A DNA stretch of 64,000 nucleotides, from positions 7,836,234-7,900,233 of the forward strand of contig OZ316894.1 in the NCBI GenBank assembly GCA_973895155.1, read 5' to 3'. Shown piece after piece: positions 48,782 to 61,100 of this stretch. Position 1 is the first letter of the stretch, and each line of letters begins with the position of its first letter. Below the pieces are notes generated by a model. That model searched no databases. It was not told the DNA's origin and was given only the letters and a program-made list of their open reading frames with translations. A program made the translations under genes and the position numbers. The DNA comes from Marsupella aquatica. Its lineage: Eukaryota; Plantae; Marchantiophyta.

Positions 48782-51700
48782 CTACTTGTGATGCAATTGC
48801 AAAACCTGCAATACGTCACGGTGTCTAGAGAAACTCTCCAAAGGAATCACTTTGGTAAATGCGTCAGCCGGGTTGAGTTTACCATCAATCTTGACTAGCT
48901 CAAACAAATTATCAGACACAGCCTGCCTGATAAAATGGTACCTAACGTCAATGTGCTTCACTCTGCTGTCCATCACCTGGTTCACAGCAAGGTGGAGCGC
49001 ACTTTGACTATCACAATGGAGCTTCACATTCCCCTGTGGCAATCCCATTTCAGTGATAAGTCTATCCAACCAAATCGCTTCCTTTGCTGCTTCCGCAGCT
49101 GCAACATACTCCGCTTCTGTAGTAGACTGAGCAATACACTTCTGCAAAGTAGACCTCCAACTTATGCATCCACCGCCAAGTGTGAACACGTATCCTGTTG
49201 TTGATCTCCTTCGGTCCAAATCTTGTCCATAGTCAGAATCAACATAGCCAATCAATGATTTAGCATTCTTTGCATTCGCATCAAATAAAAGACCATGATC
49301 CACGGTACCCTTCAAGTACCTGATAATCCACTTCACTGCTTCCCAGTGTACCTTCCCTGGATTCGACATGTACCTGCTCACCTTGCCCATAGCCATGGCA
49401 AGATCAGGTCTAGTGCAAGTCATCAAATACATGAGACTCCCCACTGCCTTGTCATACGGAACCTTTGACATCAACCCCTTCTCTGTGTCATCCGTAGGAC
49501 AGAACGCTGATGATAACTTGAAGTGTGGAGCCAACGGGGTACTTACTGGTTTGCTATTCCCCATGTTGAACCTTGCAATTACCTTCCTCGCATAACTGCT
49601 CTGCGTCAACCATAGCTTGCCAGTCTCCAAGTCCCTAGTGATCTCCATACCCAAAATCCTCTTAGCTAGCCCTAAGTCCTTCATCTTAAACTCTGCACTA
49701 AGCAGTGCCTTGAGCTTAACAATCTCAGACCTATCCTTGGCTGCAATTAGCATATCATCCACATAAAGTACTAAAACAATGAACCCAAAGACGACATTCT
49801 TTACCGGTTTCAAATACACACAAGGGTCAAATACACTTCTGTGAAAACCTTGTGACCGAATCCAATCGTCAAACCGCTTGTTCCACTGTCTTGGTGACTG
49901 CTTCAACCCATACAAGGATTTTAGCAATCTGCAAACCAATTCCTCCTGTCCTCTCTTCACAAAACCTAGCGGTTGTCTCATGAAGATCACCTCTTCCAAT
50001 GTGCCATAGAGGAAAGCTGTGACAACATCCATCTGATCTAGCAGCAGACCAAACATTACAACAAGTACACACAATAGTCGTATTGTAGAGTACTTAGCAA
50101 CTGGTGAGAAGACCTCATTGTAATCCACACCTTTATCTTGTGTGAATCCCTTTGCTACCAATCTAGCCTTGTAGACCTTCGATCCACCTCCTATGGAATT
50201 ATCCTTTAACTTGTAAATCCACTTGCTGTCCACCACTTGCTGACCCTTAGGCAACTTAACAAGCTCCCAAGTTTTGTTGTCCTTTAGTGACTGCATCTCC
50301 GTTTGCATTGCTGCAGTCCACTTCTGCTTCTCCTTTGAAGCACTTGCCTCATGAAATGAAGAAGGTTCCCCTTCTTCCAAAATTAACGCATCACCCTCAT
50401 CATCAGTTGTAAAATCATCCTCTTGCAGTTGAGATGAATCAACCCACTGTCCATACCTTGGTGGAGCGCGTACAGTGCGACCATATGTTCTTCTAGCCGA
50501 TGACTCCGGTTGATCTGCGTGTGCTGATACAATTTGAAGCTCAACAGCATCCACTTGCTGCTCACCAGCATCAACAAACTTCTCTGGTTCCTCTGGCACA
50601 GGAACCAGCTCCATAATTGGAGCAACTCCTTCTCTCCGGTCATGCACCTCATAACCAATCTCCCCCTCAACGAGATCCGGGATATGAGATTTTCCTTTGT
50701 CAGTACGGGAGACCTGAGTATTCTCCCCCTCCTTCAATAATCTGGATTCATTGAAGGAAACATCCCTACTGACAACGAGCTTACAGGCAATAGGATCCCA
50801 TAGCCTATAGGCTTTCACACCACTCTGGTACCCAAGAAAAACACATTTCTTGGAGGTAGGATCCAACTTGGTCCTATTCTGCTTCGGTGTGAGAGCATAT
50901 GCATCACTTCCAAAAACTACCAAGCCATGATAGTCTGCTTGCCGCTTATAGCGCATCTCAAACGACGTTTTGAAATTGATAGCACTAGAAGGAGAAATAT
51001 TTACCAAATAAGCTGCGGTATTGACAGCTTCTGCCCAAAATTCTTGTGGTAAACCTGATTGGCTCAACATACTCCGTGACCGCTCCAACAGTGTCCGATT
51101 GAGCCTCTCAGCGACACCATTCTACTGTGGAGTATAAACTATGGTGAGATGGCGAGTTATCCCCTATTCTGAACAGTACTCTTCAAATTCCATTGAAGTG
51201 TACTCCCCGCCGTTGTCTGACCTCAGACTCTTCACCCTTGTATCCAAACACTTGATCGTGTTTCTAGTCTGATTCTCCACCTGGGCCTTCCACTTCTTAA
51301 AAATGGACAAGACATCAGACTTATGCGTCATGAAATAAATCCACACAAATCTTGAGTAATCATCAATAAATGATACATAGTACAACTTTCCAGAGTGTGA
51401 GGGAGTCGGGGATGGACCCCACACGTCACTATGTATGTACTCAAGAACCGCTTTGGAACGATGAGTTCCAACACCAAAAGCACGACGATGCTGCTTTCCA
51501 AGAATGCAATGCTCACAAAACTCTAATTTACAAGATTGCAAATCAGAAATGAGTCCATTCTTCCGTAAGATAGCCAAACCCTTCTCACTCATGTGGCCTA
51601 GCCGTGAATGCCACAGTTGAGTCATCTCCTCGTGAGACTTGGTTACATTGGCCTCTCCACATACAGTATTGCCCTGTAACACATACAAATTCTTTTGTCT

Positions 51701-53095
51701 ACTCCCCTTCAAAATCACTGTCTCTCCCGACCTGACTTGAAGTTCACCATCAATAACGCTCCATTGATGACCATTTGAATCCAACACACCGAGTGAAATC
51801 AGATTCTTACGCATGCCAGGTACATACCTGACTCCGGACACTGTGCGCACAGCGCCATCAAACATTTGAATCTTCACAAACCCAATTCCCTCAATTTGAC
51901 AGGAGTGATCATTTCCCATCAGAACTGAACCGTTTGAAATAGAGTAAGAACTGAAAAACTCACGAATGTAACAAATATGAAAAGAGCAAGCACAATCAAG
52001 AATCCACACATCATCTGCTCTCCTAGATGACGTGCATAGGGCATACCCCCGGCTTCATAAAACATACTCATCATTGAGTAAATCAGCTTCTCCATCAGCC
52101 CTAGCCACATTTGCCGATGAAGTTTCCGCTGCCTTTCCCTTACAGTCTCGCTTGAAGTGTCCAACTTGGTTGCACTTCCAACATGTCACCTGCCTCCTCT
52201 GAGGAGATTTACTCTTGGACTTAGATCTGGATTTAGATCTAAACTGGGTTCTACGGTCCCCAGTTGGTCGCTGCATACCCCTCCCACGGTTAACATTGAG
52301 GGCAGCACCAGATGATGAAGGCTGTGATGTGATGTGCATCTTCTGCTGAAGATCATCACTAAGCAGAGAACTTACCACGTCATTATATGAAATGGTATCC
52401 CTATCACGATGCAACTACACTCGTGATAGGGACTGGTAAGATGGAGGCAATGAACTAAGAAGCTGCAGAGCCTTCGTCTTATCATTCAAAGTCTCCCCAA
52501 GGTTTTCCAAGTCAACGACCATGTCGTTGAAAGCATCCACATGGTCTTGCAACTTTGTACCGGATTCCTTCATCCTGAAACTCATGAGTTTGTAGGAAGT
52601 GTAGAGCCGGTTCGACAACTCCTTGCGGTGATACTTGCTCTGCAATTCCGCAAACAAGGACATGCAATCCTTATGTGCACCCAACTGCTTGATGATGGGA
52701 GGCATGAGATAGAGTGTAACACACCACACTCCCTGCTCCTGCATGCGGTCCCATTGTTTCTCATCAACATCATCTTCACGAGGGCTCAGCAGTTGGCCCA
52801 TCCCTGACGCATAGAGCACTCCCTTCACCTGCTTCTCCCATAGCAAGTAGTCAGAGCGCCCATCATACTTTGTCACTTCATACTTGGGTCCCCCAAGCTT
52901 GAAAGTCCCCATCTTCTTCTTTGGCACTACCGTGAGCTCCGGTAGTAGTACTGCTTCCTCCACCACACGCCGCACCGGTGATGGTATCGGTGTCACGTGC
53001 TCTTCCTCCTGCTCCTCTCTCTGCCCCTGAAACCGCCGTGGTGATCCTCGTGCTTCAAGTTCCACGTCTTCGAAAAATTCCTCCGAATCACTCAT
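48782..53095 (-). pseudogene. Copia gag-pol polyprotein in a single frame interrupted by 4 in-frame stops (52415-17 TAG, 52055-57 TGA, 51164-66 TAG, 51122-24 TAG)
   Basis: Zinc knuckle CWKCNQVGHFKRDC, protease WILDCACSFH, LWHSRLGHMS, integrase HSDVWGP/LRSDNGGEY/TPQ*NGVAER, RT YKARLVAKGF/QMDVVTAFL/LYVDDML and RNase H YVDSDY/STTEAEY/KHIDVRYHFIR. All ORF-track segments share one frame. Confidence 0.95.
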
Positions 53096-54507
53096 ATGAG
53101 AAAATCACAAAAATTGTTGTTTTTCACAACTTCTCAAAAAACTTGAAACTCAACACCACCGCGTAGCCCACAAAGCTAGGAGTCCAATACTGAAAACCGA
53201 AATCAAAATTGAAATTTGATGGAAAAGTTATTCAAATTTCGGTCGAGGTGGGTAAAACCTTGGGAAACTCCCCCGTTTTGACCACCTCAGGGAATAACCG
53301 AAATACCAAGTACAACCCATTGTCGGAATTACGATGTGATTGGTGCGCCGCATTGCCAACTTCAATGGCTACGACCTCGCCAAAAAATAACCAAAAAAGT
53401 TACCGTTCGGCGGATGAAATCTTTGTCGGATGGTCAAAAAATAGCTCTCTGGTTTTTTGGAATATTCTATGACCCTTGTACAGGCCCTGTGGGAATTTTG
53501 GAAGAACAATCGAGGGGCTGACACGTGTCCTCGAACCCCCAAAACCCCCTACCACCCTTCGTCGTCGAAATCTGGTCGCGCGCGCAGAAAATACACACGG
53601 TAGAATGTACCCCTCGACACCAAACGCAAGATATCTCACTCGGGTTTTGACGAAATCAAGATCTGATTTCAGATTTGGAAACTAGACTCCGAGGCGGTGA
53701 AGATCGATATAAGAAGCACCCAAAACGAGGAAAGAACAAGGGAGAAAAAAATTGGTAAAGATGACAGATTTCTCTCAATTGCCATAGCCAATTTCGAATC
53801 AGTTTTTCAAAGAGAAAAAATGGTACCTTGTCAACAACGAATGTTGATCAATTGCACTTGGTGCCGTCACCAAGTCCAACAAGGTAATTGATTTTGCTTA
53901 GCCTTCCTCTTTGCATCAAAGAGCCAATCCCGGACTCAAAACAATCGTCTTGCCTCAATCTCTCCGTTGAGTCAAAACACTTGACGCTTCTCCCTCCGAG
54001 TCGATTGCCAACTTTCTTCACAAAATCCAGAACGACGAAAACTTAGATCTCTCTGCACCACGAGCTCCGTTCAGCGATTTCTTCACACCGTTAGAAAGCT
54101 CTTGCCCCGATCTATCCGTTGAGCCCATAAACTCCAAGTTCCATGCGACGGAACTCCGGGAAATCCACCGACACTCAACGCTGGAAAAACCGTAATGAAA
54201 TCCCATCACGAACACACGTCACCTCCCAAGCATGCTCTGATACCAATTGTTGAGCATAGACGACGATCGCAACGGCAAGCCCATGAACCATCCAACGCAC
54301 AATAGTCGACACAAGAGATACGTGGTTCACATCCTTGAGGCTACGTCCACGGGAACACACAAGAGAGCTTTACTGAACTCTAAGCCCGTCGGCTATACCG
54401 AGTCTCCACAGTGTAAGCTCTCCCTATCTCTCAAGTGGCTCCATAACAGTGAGCCTTGGTTCTACCTCTCCAAGCACACATGCCTCTTATGATATAGTGT
54501 GCAACTT

Positions 54508-54642
54508 AGTTGTACCTAACCACATAGTTGTACCTAATCACGTAGTTGTACCTAACCACATAGTTGTACCTAATCACGTAGTTGTACCTAACCACATAGT
54601 TGTACCAACCCACGTTGTTGTACCAACCACGTCATACCTAAC
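54508..54642. repeat. 18-bp tandem repeat inside the LTR (agttgtacctaaccacat); shorter copy at 48467-48565
   Basis: Direct reading of both LTRs; the 5' LTR carries two additional units (36 bp). Confidence 0.9.
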
Positions 54643-55614
54643 CTAGACGTAAGAGTAAATACCCAACAGTGGGCACCCTACCCTGCTAGAAATTTTGTTA
54701 GAAACATACACTTTGTCAAAAATGTGAGGATATATTGGTTTCAATGCTCACATAATTAAGTGATCAAGAGACCCCAAGGTTATGCAGGATGATCCAGAAA
54801 CACTACAATGAGATGAGGCAATGTGTGACGCCAAGTGCGAAGCGGGATGTGAAGGATCTGATAATGTTCAAAATCTTAGGGGGGGCGGGAATTTTAAGCC
54901 CAGATTCATTTAAACACTAACCTCATGCTATCCTGCATGTAGGCAGCCCTTTCTTTTGCGGTTCTCAACTTAACTTATGACATCATATCATTTCCTGAGA
55001 ATTTTATGCTTGAACCTCCTCCTGAGGCAGGCCTGACAACATTCATTGTGGATTGAAGGGCAAAGGCAGGAAACTTTTTGACCCTTAAGACCCTGACCTT
55101 TGAATTAATGTGAATAAAACAAGAGGTTTGCACAATGTCTGATTAAATTTTGTTCCTTGCACCGTTAGAAGTCACCCCTCACTAATTTGAGCAACAACCT
55201 CTCTATAATGTGAATAGAAACCTCTCTCATTTGAGCAGATTCATCTCTGCAGCTTGAGAAGAAAGAGAAGTAGCTGATGAGGTGCAAATTTGAGCAGCAA
55301 AAGCAATGTCAAGAAACCCCTGTAAAAATTGAGTTGAAATCTTCTCAACAAGTAGAGAACAGCCAACAACAAACCTTAAAAGAAGTCAACACTCACCTAG
55401 CTAGTGACAGTGGAGATAGATTTTTGAAAATTCAAAGTGCCACTACTAGAACTAGGAGTCAGAGTTACTTTGTAGGTTCCACAAAATTGCACCAGTTGGG
55501 TTCTGGTTGGGGACACTCTCCGCCTGATTAGTTTGGTCCCTTTTGGCTTGGACAGTCTTTGCCCCTTTGCTTCCCCATTGGGTTTTATTGAATAATTCAA
55601 GCAACATAACAAAA

Positions 55615-55802
55615 TTTTCAATCATCTCTATTTTATTCAAGTAACAAAACTGAATTTCAGTCATCTCTATCTTATTCAAGCAGCAAAACTGAATCATAGC
55701 CACTTCTCTCTACTTCAAGCTGCAAAATAAAATTTTAGCCATCTCTCTCTAATACAAGCAGCAAAACAGAATTATGGCTGCCACTCTCTACTTCAAGCAA
55801 CA
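55615..55802. repeat. Degenerate ~37-bp tandem array
   Basis: The unit ttca.tcatctcta....attcaagcagcaaaactgaa recurs about 5 times. Confidence 0.6.
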
Positions 55803-57060
55803 ACCTTTTTCTAATGTGAATAGACTGAATGTGCCGCTTGAAGTAGTCTTTCATGTGAGCAGACTCATCTCTTAAAATTTGAGCAGAACAAGATTGAAGA
55901 GATGAAACCGGATAGGACTATGGGCAGGCCTATATGGTTGGTGTTTGGAAAATCCAGCAATCACAAAAAATAAATCCTAAAGCCAACAGCCATGTCTCAT
56001 TTTCCACCCATTTTGCTTTTGGTAAATACGTTGCACTAGCGAAACTACCTATTCACTGTGTACTTATGAGTGTTGGAAGGATGTGAACCCCACTATGCAA
56101 ACAAGCACGTGGCTGTCAAACACCACAGGAAGCCGTTTCTTTTGCATACATTATCTAAAACCTGCCTCCAAAAGCTGTCTAGCTTGCTAATAATGCAAAA
56201 TAAATTAATGTTGGTTGAACTTTCAGTTCAGTTTTGTGGCCAAAAATGCCTCAAAATCTTTTTCTGCGCATACAATTTAGACTCCGCATATGATTCTGCA
56301 AAATACAATATACAATTCTAAAGAGAGGGCATTTGCAAAGATTCAGCTTTTGTGACCAAACCTCTTTGGTCACGGGCATGGTAGGTGTTGGTCTTCATTT
56401 GCCAGAACTTGCTTGGGATTCAAGGGCTCATTGCAAGTTCTGATGATACTCCTTGATCTTCAAAAAATCCAACAGTTGATATTGATTAGCCAGAAATTCC
56501 TTTCTCAATTGGGAGATGAGCAACTAATCCCCCAACTTTTCCAAGACACAAGAAAAGTAGCTGCTTAGAACCTGCCATGGGGGAGGGAGGGAGGGAGGGG
56601 GCGGGGGGGGCATGCAAATATTGGTCAGATACAGGTTTACACTATCACCAAAGCAAAACTCGGTGGATCCATGTTACCATAACTGATCATAAATATCCTT
56701 AAGAGGTAACAAAGTGACACACAAGTGAGAGCCCATCAAGTCTACCTTTGGGAGGCCTTCAACATGTCCTTGCATTATGGCACCTGGGCAGGGTTATGGG
56801 AAATTCACAATGAGATGCTCCAGGTCCCACCAGTCCCTCCCGTCCGCCATGAAGTGTCTAATAGGTCAGGAGTAGAAGCTGCACTGCAGATCTGACCGGT
56901 AGAAGTGAACCTTTGTCACAAATCCACTCGGGATTCTTTAACTGGCCAGGCTTGCGGAGTGTGTTAAGTTTGCTGCCTTTGGTCTTGCTTCTCTCCTGGG
57001 TGCCGGCCTCTCTACTTTCTGGCACCGCAACCTTCGGTCCCCCCGGGAGGGTGCTGTCCT

Positions 57061-57560
57061 CATTGTGGCCCTCCCCTGTTGTAAGCTGACTTTTTGAATG
57101 AATTTCAATTGGTTTTTTCAAGAGGGGAAAAGAAATTGAGGGTCTGTTTTGTGCCCAATGGAGTTCATGGTCCTCGTATTACGTCCCCATTGTGGGCCTC
57201 CCCTGTTGTAAGCTGGCTTTTTGATGAATTTCAATTAGGTTTTTCAAGGGGGAAACAAAAGTTGAGGGCCCGTGTTGTGCCAAATGGAACCTGAGTTGAT
57301 GGTTTTACGTCCCCATTGTCAGGCTGCCCTGTTTTTGAATGAATTACAACTGGTTTTGTTAAGGGGGGAAAAGAAGTGGAGGGCCCATTTTGTACCGAAT
57401 GGAACCCAAGTTCATGGTCCTTGTTTTATGTCCCCATTGCAGGCCTCCCCTGTTGTAAGCCCGATTTTTGAATGAATTTCAATTAGTTTTTTCAAGGGGG
57501 GAAAAGAAGTTGAGGGCCCGTTTTGTGCAGAATGGAACCCGAATTCATGGTCTTCGTTTC
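57061..57560. repeat. ~125-bp tandem array x4 upstream of NOT3
   Basis: cattgt.ggcctcccctgttgtaagc...tttttgaatgaatttcaatt.gtttttcaagggggaaaagaagttgagggcccgttttgtgcc.aatggaacc..gttcatggtc begins at ~57061, 57188, 57314 and 57435. Confidence 0.9.
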
Positions 57561-58164
57561 AGCCCCCTGTGGTGGAATATTTATCGCGTTCAGGATGAGT
57601 ACAGACGGAAACGGCAGAAAGCAATCATCTGGTTTCTCGACTATGTAGTCTCCTACTCCACCACCGGAACGTTTGCTGCGACGTTATCAGTCGGTCCTGA
57701 ACGGGAGGGTTCTCTCTGTCTTCGTCCAGCTGAGAAGAGCTGAGAAGAGATCAATCGATCATACCGAACCAATCCTCCATCATTGGTCTTCCAGTCTGAA
57801 TGAATCTGCATCTGAAATCGGGGATCTGCTGGCTAAGAGGATGTGAACTCCGGTGGCAATGGTGGACGGAAGCCTTCTACAGACAAGGGGCGCATTGGGA
57901 AGAAGTGTGTGCAACGTGACCTCCAGGGAAGTGGATTTGGAGTAGTCAGTCCGGACGTGCTTAGGGTCAGGCAGCAGTGGAGCTACACATCTCAGTCGGA
58001 GAGAGTTCGTGCGGAGTTTGAAGCGAATCTGTATCGGAGATGAATGCTCTGCAAACGGAGTAGTTAGTAGGGCAGACGTTTGGATTAGAAGTAGACAGGT
58101 ACGGAGAAAGAAAGAATTGAAGTGCCCTGCGTGCATGCGTTTGTGTATGCGAGTCTGAGCCACG

Positions 58165-61100
58165 ATGGGAGCAACGAGGAAGTTGCAAGGCGAAATTGAC
58201 AGGGTTTTGAAGAAAGTGCAGGAAGGTGTGGACGTCTTCGACAGCATTTGGAATAAGGTCGGTTTTGCTCCTGTCCGAGCGTTCTCTCTCTCCTCACTTT
58301 CACGGCAACATTGGCCCGAAGGACATCATTACAAGCACAATTCCTGCGGGTTTTCCCGCAGCTGGACGGTTCGTTAGGATAGTCTCAGTCGTAGTTGATC
58401 ATGGAGTGACGTTTTCTATCAGTGTTCTCCGTTCATTCATAAAGCGGTGATTTATTTCTATGAGTGACCAGCCTTCTCAGATTGCCCAGCTTAGTTGTGA
58501 ATCATCACCGTGTCGACATTGTGTCAATACACATTATTTCTATTCTAGTTCTTTGCATCGTGAATATGGATCTCCACGATGTAGTTCGAGTTAATCTGCT
58601 TTAGGTCCAGTTGTTGCAGAAACCTGTGCTGTTCTCCAAACATTCCGCCTATCTGACCATTATTTTTCTCTTTCCTATCAAATTCTCCTGCTCTGGTGTA
58701 GTGGGTATGCTTTCGTAACTATTTGCCTGCACCTCCTTCAGGTTGTTTGATAGTCCCTTATTAATAGTGAAAATCATTCTTCGTTTACATGTATTGACAT
58801 GCAGGTATATGACACTGAAAATGCGAATCAAAAGGAAAAATTTGAAGCGGACCTTAAGAAGGAGATTAAGAAACTTCAAAGATATCGAGACCAAATCAAG
58901 ACATGGATCCAGTCGAGTGAGATAAAGGACAAAAAGGTATCTTTTCCCACGAAATGCAGTTGAAGTTTTTTAAGTTAAGCTCTTTTTATTTCGTAATTTC
59001 TTTGGAGAAATTATTTTGATGAGGCCAAATGTGGTCGTATCCAAATGTGTGGCATAAGAGTTTGACTTGTGATAAATGATGACATAGGTGGCTGCATCTT
59101 ATGAGCAGGCGCTGTTAGACGCCCGAAAGCTCATCGAACGTGAGATGGAGCGCTTTAAAGTGTGTGAGAAAGAAACCAAAACTAAAGCCTTCTCTAAGGA
59201 AGGCTTGGGTCTGCAACCCAAAACAGTGAGTTTTCTGTGGTAATTGATGCACCACGAGCCTCAAGGTTGCATCTGCCTTGACAATTGTGCGTAATGATCT
59301 ACGTTGTATATTCGGTACACAAAGGATCTTTGCATATCCAGAAACTACTACATTTTGGTCAAGACAATATTGTTAGCTTTCGTCTAGTCCTTGTTAATTA
59401 TTAGCTGGAATTTCTGTATTTCTGTCTCAATCCTGACAACCTCTCATATGCTATCAATTTTCATGCTTACAAGTACATCTACAGACTCGGTGGTGTCCTT
59501 CATCGCTGATTTTATGGATGCCTCTCTCTTCGAGATGCATGGCTCTTCAAGTCTAAGCGGTTACGTTGATTTGTGCAGGATCCGAGGGAGAAGGCTAAAG
59601 GAGAGTCTCGAGATTGGTTAAACAATATGGTCTGTGACAGCGATAACGATTTGGACTGAACTTTATTAGGTTTATGTTAGGTGGATTTTAGAACCAGAGA
59701 AAGTCAATAATTTCTTCGTATGATTGCTAGTGCAGTAGTGCGAATGTTTTTCGTCTGCTTTACCCATAGCGGAATTCGATATGTATATATGCTCTAGACT
59801 GTGACAGACGTAGTGAACTGGAATTCACCAGCATAGGTCATGTCCTGCACCAGAAGTAAATGTAAACGATTTTTCACTGCCACTCGGTTTGAATCTAAAT
59901 GTAGGAGCAGCCAGTTCCTTCCTCTCGGGACATCCATCTAGGTCATACTCTTTTGCAAGAGTAATCTTTTACGCGGCTTGTTGCTTTTATGGCTCGTGAA
60001 TGAACTGAAAGGGGAAGAAATTGTTTCTTTGTCGGCAGGTTAGTGAATTGGAATCTCAGATTGATTCTTTTGAAGCAGAGATGGAAGGCCTCTCTGTCAA
60101 GAAGGGAAAGTCTCGACCTCCCCGACTGGTGAATTTCCTACCTCCTATAAATTTACTTTTTGAAGTAACAATATAGTCAGCTCGAATTCCGCTTGATACC
60201 TGTGTACATCAGCTCATATTTTGTTGCCTTGCACAATTGTTCGTTGCATAGACCCATTTGGAGGAGTCAATTTCTCGTCACAAGCAGCATATCATCAAGC
60301 TTGAGCAGATACTCCGACTTTTGGACAATGATGAACTCAGTCCTGATGAGGTCACCGATGTGAAAGACTTTGTGGAAGACTATGTTGATCGCAACCAGGT
60401 AAATTGTTTTTGCACTCGGACTAAACACATTGGATTTCAGTTGGGTTGTCTTTTGATGTGGGCAAAACCTGTCCTAGGCAATATTTTACATAAAGACGTG
60501 CTCCTGTGACAAGGAAGCGATGGGGTTTCGTTTCCTCGTAGGTCTTCTTATAATTTGAGATGTGGGACAGCGGTTTAGTCACCAAATTGCTGTAAAATCC
60601 TAGCTTAACAGGTTCCAAGAATCGTTTCAGCGTGTTGTATCCTGTCTGCCAAGTACGTGATAATACTGAAGAGACTGATGAGGGAGAGAGGCACTTCACG
60701 AAATTGACCTCGTCTGTGACTGTAATGTGCTCATTTCCAGGACGATTTTGACGACTTTGCCGTCGTCGATGACTTGTACCAATCTTTGCCACTTGAGAAG
60801 ATGGAAGCTTTGGAATCGCTGGATGCAGTTCCAGTCATTCCTCCTGCTGTCTTGGTGAAGGAGAAGGTAGGATTGGGTTCAAACGTAATGCCAATGCTAG
60901 TTTACCAAGTCATTTTGAGTCCTGATTGGCATCCTTGCCAGACAATTTCCAGGTCTCAATATTGCAGTTTTGGATATGTATGGTTCCCGCCGGCAGCTTT
61001 AAACAAATTACTGCTTGAGACCGAGGACACTAAATTGGATTGACGCTCATGCTTCTTTACGGTAGCTGTTCCATCGTATACTACCACTTGCATGTGTTTT

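Larger units (their letters stand above)
48207..54668 (-). mobile_element. Full-length, young Ty1/Copia LTR retrotransposon (defective ORF)
   Basis: LTRs 48207-48591 and 54248-54668 (TG..CA), TSD gtggg at 48202-48206 and 54669-54673, PBS tggtatcagagc (reverse complement at 54234-54245) and PPT caaggggaagat adjacent to the 3' LTR. Domain order is gag-PR-INT-RT-RH. Confidence 0.98.

Noticed and set aside
54449-54646. ORF with repeated VVPNH motif
   Set aside because: Translation of the 18-bp LTR tandem repeat, not a gene.
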